Below are positions 19,937-27,147 of a DNA stretch of 64,000 nt, one piece after another. Position 1 is the first letter of the stretch. Each line of letters starts with the position of its first letter. The stretch covers positions 175 to 64,174 of the forward strand of contig JAPVWO010000240.1 of NCBI GenBank assembly GCA_027493375.1, in the 5' to 3' direction. Both the position numbers and the translations under genes were made by a program. This DNA comes from Candidatus Multivorans thiocomprendens (lineage in GTDB: Bacteria; Acidobacteriota; Thermoanaerobaculia; Multivoradales; Multivoraceae). A model generated the notes under the pieces. That model was not told the DNA's origin. It made no database searches and worked only from the letters and a program-made list of their open reading frames with translations.

Positions 19937-21253
19937 GTGTTTGGGGCTCCTCCAGTAGACATCAAGGCGATGAGTAGAGGTCAAGATGATCCGGGCAGGA
20001 TTCCCAGTATAGGGCAACGGCGGTTGCTCGGCTCCGTCGGCCGGTTCGTCGCCGTCGCCGCGAGTCATCGTGTCGACCGTGGTCGCGGCGCCCATGTGGC
20101 AGACGACGTTCGCTGCGGAGCGGAAGACGTCGGGCACGCGGTCGATCCCCAGGAGGATGGCGAGTCCCGCCAGCGGCACACCCACCACGTCCAGAGCCGG
20201 AGCAAGCGACACGATGCTGGCGCTGGGCACCGGAGCGACCGTCATCGCGGCGAGGAAGATCGCCAGCACCGCCGCGGCGATCATCCCCGCGTCGAGCGGC
20301 ACCCCGTACATGGCGGCCAGGAAGACGAGCGACGCGCTCTGGAACAGCGCGCTGCCGGGACGGTTGATCGACGCCGCCAGCGGCAGGATCAGAGTGTACT
20401 TGCGCTCGGAGAGGCCGAGCTTCTTCGCCTCCTGCAGCATCATCGGCAGCGTCCCCACGGACGTTGTCGTGGTGAAGCCCACGGTGTACGTGCCGACGGT
20501 TGCCGGAATGAAGCGCCAGGGCGGTACGCCGCCCAGAAACCAGACCAGGGGCAGGAGAACGAGGCCCTTCAGGAGGAAGAGGCCCACCACGACGGCGACG
20601 ATGAAGACGGCGAGGTTCTGCAGCATCGCCGTCCCGGTCTTCGCGATGACCGGCGCCGCGAGGCCGAAGACGCCCACCGGCGCGGTCCACAGGATCCAGC
20701 TCATCAGCTTCGTCAAAGCGTCGCCGAGGGCCTCCGCGAAAGACGTCAGCGTCCGCTGTTTCTCGCTTGGCAGGGCAGTCGTCGCCGCCGCCAGGAGGAC
20801 GATGAAGATGAGCAGGGAGAGCAGGGCGCCGTCCGCGGCGACCTGGACCGGATTCCGGGGAACCAGGTTGACCAGAAAGTCAACGATGCCAACACCCGCG
20901 GCCTCCAGGTTCTCTACGGGCGTAGGCGGCGCCACGGGCGCCGCGAACGTCAGGGCGAAGCCCATGACCCCCATCCCGATCAGGATCGCCGGCAGCGTCG
21001 TCGCCCAGAAGAAGCCTACGGCCAGTCCCCCCAGCCGTCCGAGCTTCCGCAGGTCGCCGATCCGTCCCACGCCGACGAAGACGACCGCCGCCACGAGTGG
21101 GATGACGACCATCTGAATGGCGCGGAGAAAGATCTGCCCGAGCGGCTCGACCGCGTCGGCGGTCCGCAGCAGTGCCGGCGAACCCGTCGCGGAGGCGGCG
21201 ATTCCGAGCCCCAGGCCGAGCGCCAGCCCGATGAGAATGGCGCGTGTGTTCAC
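19937..21253 (-). CDS. dicarboxylate/amino acid:cation symporter (DAACS) family transporter, no in-frame stop before sodC
   Basis: GTG start at 21253. It is polytopic with DAACS signatures (TTTSVGTLPMM, PLAASINRPGSALFQ). Transporter-like sequence ends around ...TVDTMTRGDGDEPADGAEQP, but the frame stays open through the AT-richer spacer into sodC (one 645-aa track ORF). Confidence 0.8.
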
Positions 21254-21305
21254 TCAATCAGCCCATTCGTAGGGCGGCAGGTCGAACCTCCGAGCAGTGG
21301 CAGCT

Positions 21306-21494
21306 TCAGAGGTGCAGCCGGATGACCCTGGGAGCGTCCTCCCCGTCGAAGTGGCAGAGCACGGCGTCCCGGACCATCTCCTTCAGGTCCTCCCAGTCGT
21401 CGCCTTGCGTGAAGATGCTGTAGCCGAGCGCCTTGGCGTCGTAGCCACCATCAACCGCCTCGGTTACTTCAAAGATGATCTCGGTTGGCCTCAT
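21306..21494 (-). CDS. HicB-like (UPF0150-fold) small antitoxin-type protein
   Basis: 62 aa: IIFEVTEAVDGGYDAKALGYSIFTQGDDWEDLKEMVRDAVLCHFDGEDAPRVIRLHL matches the small HicB-like family often found next to a HicA toxin. GGAGA lies 9 nt upstream of the ATG. Confidence 0.6.
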   Translation of the reverse strand: MRPTEIIFEVTEAVDGGYDAKALGYSIFTQGDDWEDLKEMVRDAVLCHFDGEDAPRVIRLHL

Positions 21495-21571
21495 TAGGTT
21501 GTTCTCCGGCAGGCATGGAGGCTAGCAGCACGTGGCGAAGGCAGTCGATGGCGTTGGTTCAAGTGTGGAGG

Positions 21572-21703
21572 TCAGCGGTCGCCGCGGCCCCAGTCCAACA
21601 GCGCCATGACTTCCTCGTGCGGCAATCGTTGCTCCCGCGGCCTAAGTGGGAGCGCTGCGGCTACCGGCTGACCGGGCCGTGGACTCGGGAGCGACCAGCT
21701 CCC
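21572..21703 (-). pseudogene. C-terminal remnant of a Phd-type antitoxin (paralogue of 34337..34633)
   Basis: Reading directly after the hsdR TAA gives ...SPRPGQPVAAALPLRPREQRLPHEEVMALLDWGRGDR*. This parallels the C-terminus of the intact Phd at 34337..34633 (...KRPNSAAVYTRPPKEERWPDDEVMALLDAVRGER*). There is no N-terminal half and no start codon. Confidence 0.5.
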
Positions 21704-24700
21704 TTACGGCGCCTCAGCCTGATCGTACGCGCGCCTGAACACGGCCTCGGACATCCACCGCTTGAAGCCGTCGTCGTCCATGAACTGCTTGAACAGTTCG
21801 GTGTCGTCCTTCATCACGTTCTGCATCACGCGGAGCAGCGCTCTGTCGTGCTCGATGCGGGTGTTCTCGCGATCGGAGTTCCGGCGCGCGTTCCGGAAGG
21901 CCGTGTCCGAGGCGACCCTGGCTGGGATGTCGAACGCGATCATCCGCTGCACGCGGTCTTCGTCCGCCCATTCGACGCCGCCGAAGTGATCGTTGAATGC
22001 CTTGATGATGTTCGAGAGGTGGTCCAGGTCGGATTCCGGCCGGTAGCCTCCGCCGGCGGGGGGCGTCGGATCGACCTCGGCGTCCTCGTCGGGCAGGAGG
22101 ATCTTCCGGATCGCCTGCTTCTCGGCCCGGTAGCTGTCCATGTCGACCGCGTCGAGGATGCCCCGCGCCAAGTCCTCCTCCCTCGGCGCCGGGAGCTTCG
22201 GGATCAGGAAGTTCAGGAAGATCGACCGCTTCTCCCAGCCGGCGTTCGAGAACGGGAGGATGGAGGAGAGGAAGCCGTAGGCGCGCACGAACGCCTTCGC
22301 CTTGCCTTTGAAGTCGACCTGTCCGTCCTCGTCGAGTTCGCTCAGGTAGACCGCGACGCACTGGTCGAGGATCGGGTCGAGGCGGTCGCGCTCGGCGCCG
22401 TCCAGATAGCGCTCGACGAACAGGTCGATCCGCTCCGCCGAACAGACCTGCGCCGCGTCGAGGTCGGCCTGCAGGTCGTGCAGCCGGTCGGGGTCCGTCT
22501 CGTCCGCCAGGATCGTGCCGCGGTAGTAGTTCGCGAACGAGTCGCGGACGATCTCCGTGTCATTCAGGAAGTCGAGCACGAAGACGTCGTGCTTGCCGGG
22601 ATGCGCGCGGTTGAGCCGGGACAGGGTCTGCACCGCCTTGATGCCGGCGAGCGTCTTGTCGACGTACATCGTGTGCAGCAGCGGTTCGTCGTAGCCGGTC
22701 TGAAACTTGTCCGCGCAGACCAGGAGCCTGTAGGGATGTTCCTGGATCTTCGTCGCGATCTGCCTGGACGGGAAGCCGTTGAGCGAGGCTTCCGTGACCT
22801 TCGCGCCGCCGTACTCATGTTCGCCCGAGAAGGCGACGATGGCCCGGTACGGGCTCTTCCTCGCCTCCAGGCAGTCGCGCATGGAGTGGAAGTACTGGAT
22901 CGCGCGCTGGACGCCGTTCGTGACCACCATGGCCCGCGCCTCGCCGCCGATCCTCCGCGGCGCGGCGACCTGGTCGTGAAAGTGGTCGACCATGATCTCG
23001 GCCTTGAGCCGGATGGCGTGGTCGTGCCCTTCGACGAAGCGCCGCAGTTTCCGCTGCGCTTTCTTGACGTCGAACTCCGGGTCGTCCTCGACGCTCTTCG
23101 CCAGCCGGTAGTAGCTCCTGACCGGCGTGTAGTGCTTCAGCACGTCGAGAATGAAGCCCTCCTCGATCGCCTGCTTCATCGAATAGGTGTGGAAGGCGCG
23201 ACGCTTGACGGCGCCGTCGGGTTGCCGTTCGGGAACGCCGAAGAGCTCCAGCGTCTTGTTCTTGGGGGTGGCGGTGAAGGCGAAGTAGCTGGCGTTCGGC
23301 AGGAGCTTGCGCGACTCCATCAGGCGGTTGATCCGGTCCTCGTAGGTTTCCTCCTCGGCGCGGGCGCCGGCTTCGGAGAGGGCGCCCGAGACCGCGGCGC
23401 TCGTCCGGCCGCCTTGGCTGGAGTGGGCCTCGTCGATGACGATCGCGAACCGGCGTCCGCGCTGGTCGTCGCCGATGGCGTCCAGGACGTGGGGGAACTT
23501 CTGGATCGTCGTGATGACGATCTTCTTGCCGCCCTCGAGGAACTGGCGGAGGTCCGCCGAGCTGTCGGCGTGGCCGACGGTTGCCGCGACTTGGGCGTAC
23601 TGCTTGATCGTGTCCCTGATCTGGCGGTCGAGGATGACACGGTCGGTGACGACGACGATGGAGTCGAAGACCGTGCCGCCGCCGCTCCGGCTCTGCACGG
23701 CCGGGCTGCCGCCGCGCCTCTTCAGCCCGATCAGCCGGTGCGCCAGCCAGGCGATCGAGTAGCTCTTGCCGCTGCCGGCCGAGTGCTGAGTCAGGTAGCG
23801 CCTGCCGGCGCCGTACTCGGCCGCGTCGGCCAGGAGCCGGCGGACGACGTCGAGTTGGTGGTACCGCGGCCAGATCTGGGTCTTCTTCGTCCGGCCCGTC
23901 TTATCGTCCTTCGATTCGATGATCTGGGCGTAGTTTTCGATGATCTCCGTCAGGCTCTCGCGAGTCAGAATCTCGCGCCACAGGTAGTCCGCGGCCAGAC
24001 CGTCCGGGTTGGGCGGGTTGCCGGCGCCGTCGTTCCATCCTCGGTTGAACGGCAGGAACCAGGACGCCTTGCCCCGCAGATGCGTGCAGAAGCGCACCTC
24101 CCGCTCGTCCGCCGCGAAGTGGACGATGCAGCGGCCGAACTCGAACAGCTTCTCCCGCGGATTGCGGTCCTTCCGGTACTGCTCGATGGCGTCGCTGACC
24201 GTCTGCTTCGTCAGGCTGTTCTTCAACTCGAACGTGATGACCGGCAGGCCGTTGATGAACAGCGCCAGGTCGAGCGCCAGTTGGGCCCGGTCTCCGCTGT
24301 AGCGGAGCTGCCGTGTGACCGTGAAGCGGTTCAGGCCGAAGCGTTGTTGCGCCACCTCGTTGCCCTCCGACGGCGTGCCGTAGAACAGCTCCAGCTCGTG
24401 CGCGCCGTGCCCGAGGCCCTTCCGCAGCACGTCGACGGTGCCGCGCTTCGCGATCTCGCCTTGCAGCCGCGCGAGGAACTTCCGCCGCGCCGGCCCGTCC
24501 TCGTCCAGGGCCAGACCGTCCGCCGCGTCGGGCTGGGTGGCGCGGAGGAAGGCCGAGAGCTGGGCGAGGTCTACGCAGTGGTTCCGGTCGTAGTCGCGGG
24601 GGTCGCCGGCGGTCCAGCCGACAGAGGCGGGACTCGGCTCGGTCGGGTGAGGGACTTCGCCGGGCTTCGCCGGATCGCAGGGGTGCCCGGTGAGGGCCGT

Positions 24701-24745
24701 GCAGATGAGGCGCTCGAGGCCGCGTTCGGTCGTGTCGGTGGTCAC
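21704..24745 (-). CDS. hsdR: type I restriction endonuclease subunit R
   Basis: 1013 aa. Helicase motifs are present: HSAGSGKSYSIAW (Walker A), VIDEAHSSQ (DEAH-type), FAFTATP, QTGYDEP, QTLSRLNR. The N-terminal nuclease region has ...ALDLALFINGLPVITFELK. Confidence 0.95.
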   Translation of the reverse strand: MTTDTTERGLERLICTALTGHPCDPAKPGEVPHPTEPSPASVGWTAGDPRDYDRNHCVDLAQLSAFLRATQPDAADGLALDEDGPARRKFLARLQGEIAKRGTVDVLRKGLGHGAHELELFYGTPSEGNEVAQQRFGLNRFTVTRQLRYSGDRAQLALDLALFINGLPVITFELKNSLTKQTVSDAIEQYRKDRNPREKLFEFGRCIVHFAADEREVRFCTHLRGKASWFLPFNRGWNDGAGNPPNPDGLAADYLWREILTRESLTEIIENYAQIIESKDDKTGRTKKTQIWPRYHQLDVVRRLLADAAEYGAGRRYLTQHSAGSGKSYSIAWLAHRLIGLKRRGGSPAVQSRSGGGTVFDSIVVVTDRVILDRQIRDTIKQYAQVAATVGHADSSADLRQFLEGGKKIVITTIQKFPHVLDAIGDDQRGRRFAIVIDEAHSSQGGRTSAAVSGALSEAGARAEEETYEDRINRLMESRKLLPNASYFAFTATPKNKTLELFGVPERQPDGAVKRRAFHTYSMKQAIEEGFILDVLKHYTPVRSYYRLAKSVEDDPEFDVKKAQRKLRRFVEGHDHAIRLKAEIMVDHFHDQVAAPRRIGGEARAMVVTNGVQRAIQYFHSMRDCLEARKSPYRAIVAFSGEHEYGGAKVTEASLNGFPSRQIATKIQEHPYRLLVCADKFQTGYDEPLLHTMYVDKTLAGIKAVQTLSRLNRAHPGKHDVFVLDFLNDTEIVRDSFANYYRGTILADETDPDRLHDLQADLDAAQVCSAERIDLFVERYLDGAERDRLDPILDQCVAVYLSELDEDGQVDFKGKAKAFVRAYGFLSSILPFSNAGWEKRSIFLNFLIPKLPAPREEDLARGILDAVDMDSYRAEKQAIRKILLPDEDAEVDPTPPAGGGYRPESDLDHLSNIIKAFNDHFGGVEWADEDRVQRMIAFDIPARVASDTAFRNARRNSDRENTRIEHDRALLRVMQNVMKDDTELFKQFMDDDGFKRWMSEAVFRRAYDQAEAP

Positions 24746-24987
24746 GTCTCGCCCGAGGGCTCGGCGGGCGGCGGGCCTTCCTTCTCCGCGGCCGCCTTGG
24801 CTTCGGCTCGGGCCCGGTCGCGGTCGTAGAGGGCTTCCCGCGGGAGACGGTCGGAGGCGCTGAAGCCCGGGCTGGTCCTGCGGATGTCCTCGATCACTTC
24901 GCGGAGCTTGCGTGCACGCCGTTCCCGCTCCGTTTCGGTCGACGAATCGCCAGAGGACCGGTCGGTCCGTGCTCGCTCAGCCGCCAC
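24742..24987 (-). CDS. small ORF resembling only the C-terminal tail of the HicB-like antitoxin at 26617..27147
   Basis: The GTG at 24987 is in frame and overlaps the upstream stop by 11 nt. The product ends ...ETERERRARKLREVIEDIRRTSPGFSASDRLPREALYDRDRARAEAKAAAEKEG.... This parallels ...ETPLERRRRLLHKVTRDFKRRGIGLDMAENLPRSELYDRDRARAEAAG of the other protein. Its stop overlaps the hsdR ATG (ATGA). The start is uncertain. Confidence 0.35.
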   Translation of the reverse strand: MAAERARTDRSSGDSSTETERERRARKLREVIEDIRRTSPGFSASDRLPREALYDRDRARAEAKAAAEKEGPPPAEPSGET

Positions 24988-26113
24988 GCCCTGCCGCCTC
25001 GCGGCGCTTCCCCAGCATGTTCTGGTACACGCTGTCAGAAGTCGCCTTGACGTCCTCGGTGATGTCCAGCAGCGACTCGTCCTGGCCGTCGTAGGCCCGG
25101 AGAGAACCTGCTGCGTCGCGGATGGCGCTGCGCGCTTGCAGAAGGGACACAAGGAAGCGCCGGTCCATTGGTTCGGTGGCCGCGTGCGCTTGACGCAGGG
25201 CGTATCCCGCTGCCAGCAGTTCCCGTGCTTCGGCGTGCGGAAGGACTTCTCCGAGCTGCTTGATGTCGGGATTCACCGTGCGGACCGCAGGCGGTACGTT
25301 GCCTTCCGTCGAGCCGTAGATCCAGAGGAGCACGTCTCGAAGGCAGTCCAGCTTCTCGGCGGGGACGGGGTCGGGTCGCGGTTCGTCCGGCGGCCAGGGT
25401 TGCGCCAGCCCGAGGTGCTCCAGGTACTGCGAATGCGAAAGGGCGACGTACAGATGGGCGAAGCTGAACTTCGGCGTGTAGCGGTCCTCGATGTCGAACA
25501 GGTCCTCCCTGACTGCCTGCTCCAGCACGTAGACCGCAGACACCATCCGCTTGATCGTGCCGTGGCCGTCGCCGAGCGCGCTGGCGATCCGGTCGATGCC
25601 GACTTCCCCTTCCCGGTACCAGTCCGCCGCGAACCGTGCCTTGGCGTAGGCGCTCCACTTGGCGGCGCCGTTGATGTGCTTGAAGCCGATGAAGGGCCGT
25701 GTCCCCTCGCGGCTTGCTACCTGGTAGACCGTCACGTGTTCGAACGTCGGGCGGACGGCGTCCGTGAACTCAGGAATCGTGATCGTGATCTGCTTCAAGG
25801 AAGCGATCCTGCGCACCAAGTCCGGCTCGCGCAGAAGGCGAAGCGTTGCGAGGCGTCGGTTCCCTTCGAGGACGACCAGGGCGTCGCCTTCTGGCGCCGC
25901 CACCGCGACAAGCGGCTCGATGTCTAGGTAGCCGTTGGTCGAGATCGAGTGCAGGAGCTCGCCGAGTTGCGCCGAGCTGTGCAGCTGCGCGATGATCGCC
26001 TCTTCGGTGGCACCCGTGGTTGAGTCGACAAGCCGTGGGTTGTGGCGGTCGAGGCGGAGTTGCTCGACGGGCACCTTTCGGGTCGTCCCGACTTCTGACT
26101 GCACGTCGTCCAT
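24977..26113 (-). CDS. ParB/Srx N-terminal-domain protein with an uncharacterised C-terminal region
   Basis: 378 aa. The N-terminus VPVEQLRLDRHNPRL...LGELLHSISTNGYLDIEPLVAV...ALVVLEGNRRLATLRLL has the ParB/sulfiredoxin-fold layout, with (E/G)xRR-type box EGNRR. I recognise nothing in the remaining ~270 aa. Confidence 0.7.
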   Translation of the reverse strand: MDDVQSEVGTTRKVPVEQLRLDRHNPRLVDSTTGATEEAIIAQLHSSAQLGELLHSISTNGYLDIEPLVAVAAPEGDALVVLEGNRRLATLRLLREPDLVRRIASLKQITITIPEFTDAVRPTFEHVTVYQVASREGTRPFIGFKHINGAAKWSAYAKARFAADWYREGEVGIDRIASALGDGHGTIKRMVSAVYVLEQAVREDLFDIEDRYTPKFSFAHLYVALSHSQYLEHLGLAQPWPPDEPRPDPVPAEKLDCLRDVLLWIYGSTEGNVPPAVRTVNPDIKQLGEVLPHAEARELLAAGYALRQAHAATEPMDRRFLVSLLQARSAIRDAAGSLRAYDGQDESLLDITEDVKATSDSVYQNMLGKRREAAGRGG

Positions 26114-26188
26114 GACGGGGGCTATCTTAGACGGAGGGCAGCTACACTCGGTTGCTGGCTCACGCAGAGTCGCCGTGCCGGCCCGCCG

Positions 26189-26617
26189 TCACGACGAAGG
26201 CGGCTCGGCGAACGGATTGACCACCCGCACGCCGTCGTAGTCTTGGTGGTGGCTCAGATCTTCAGAGTAGACCTCCGGGCAGTTGCAGGCGCGTGCTGCG
26301 GCGAGGATCGCGCCACCCCAGTACGCGACGCCATAGCGACGACTGAGTCTCACAGCGTCCCGGAAGATGCCGACGGTCATCGGTTGCACGCGAAACTCCA
26401 GGATCGGTTCGAGAAACGCCAGGGCCTCCGTAGGAGACAGGCGCGACTTGCGGGTTGGTCGCGTGGCTTGATGGTAGAACTCCTGCAGGACCTGGACGGA
26501 CACGACGAGACCGCTCTCGGTCAGAGTGCGGATCGCCGCGTCACGCTTCCTTGCCTCCGCGGGACTGCTGGCGGCAGCGTAAAGGAGGATGTTCGTGTCG
26601 ACGAAGCGGTCCGGCAT
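26189..26617 (-). CDS. PIN-domain toxin (VapC-like ribonuclease)
   Basis: 142 aa. It has the PIN acidic quartet context (RFVDTNILLYAA ... VQVLQEF ... YWGGAILAAA ... VYSEDL). The ATG overlaps the upstream stop (TGATG). Confidence 0.85.
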   Translation of the reverse strand: MPDRFVDTNILLYAAASSPAEARKRDAAIRTLTESGLVVSVQVLQEFYHQATRPTRKSRLSPTEALAFLEPILEFRVQPMTVGIFRDAVRLSRRYGVAYWGGAILAAARACNCPEVYSEDLSHHQDYDGVRVVNPFAEPPSS

Positions 26618-27147
26618 CAGGCGGACGTGGCGCCTTCGTTGGGACTGTCGGTCCCGGCGGCTTCGGCTCGTGCCCGGTCGCGGTCGTACAACTCCGAGCG
26701 CGGAAGGTTCTCGGCCATATCGAGTCCGATCCCCCGTCGTTTGAAGTCCCTTGTCACCTTATGCAGAAGCCGCCGCCGCCGCTCGAGCGGCGTCTCACCG
26801 GAGTGGCTGCCCGGGGACTTCGCGGCCGGTGTTCCGAGGCGGTTCCTCACCGGCACCCTCTCCCATCCGGAACTGTCGAGCGTTGACGCCGAGTCCGCTC
26901 TGTCCGCCGACGTGACGGGGAATGCGCTGATCACGCCGTTCTTCCTGACAACGTCGTCGAGAGAGCCGGTCTCGGCGCAGCGCTTGAAGAAGCCAGCGAG
27001 CGCCTTCCAGAGCATCGCTCGCGCCTCGGTCTCCGTAACGCCGGACCCTTCAACCTCCAATCCTGGACATTCGGCGAGCCAGGAGTTTCCTTCCCGGTGT
27101 ACTTCCGTCCGGACCGTCACGACCCCCTCAAAGCCGGCGGGAATCAT
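26617..27147 (-). CDS. antitoxin-like protein: HicB-fold N-terminus plus a basic tail ending in the ELYDRDRARAEA motif
   Basis: I chose the ATG at 27147 because it forms an ATGA overlap with the stop of the upstream 566-aa gene. The N-terminus VVTVRTEVHREGNSWLAECPGLEVEGSGVTETEARAMLWKALAGFF is HicB/UPF0150-like. It lies directly upstream of the PIN gene. Confidence 0.6.
   Translation of the reverse strand: MIPAGFEGVVTVRTEVHREGNSWLAECPGLEVEGSGVTETEARAMLWKALAGFFKRCAETGSLDDVVRKNGVISAFPVTSADRADSASTLDSSGWERVPVRNRLGTPAAKSPGSHSGETPLERRRRLLHKVTRDFKRRGIGLDMAENLPRSELYDRDRARAEAAGTDSPNEGATSA

Noticed and set aside
19937-20040. Promoter-like hexamers (TTGACC, TATACT) in the transporter-sodC spacer
   Set aside because: The spacing between candidate -35 and -10 elements does not fit a sigma-70 promoter, and sigma-factor specificity in this organism is unknown.
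21254-21305. Possible HicA start remnant (…LKLPLLGG…) overlapping the end of the HicB-like gene
   Set aside because: It has only about 8 suggestive residues, a CTG instead of ATG, and a stop after 19 codons. That is too weak to call.
21485-24829. Very long plus-strand ORF (1114 aa) antisense to hsdR, together with similar long ORFs at 4255..6330(-), 7887..10085(+), 11218..12678(+), 16330..17634(+), 36240..38579(+), 38765..41110(+), 43904..46222(+), 50668..52458(-), 51611..54031(-), 55103..56431(-) and 62008..63981(+)
   Set aside because: Their translations are dominated by R/G/A/P/D runs with no recognisable motifs. Each lies opposite a gene with clear family signatures. Stop-poor antisense frames are expected at this GC content.
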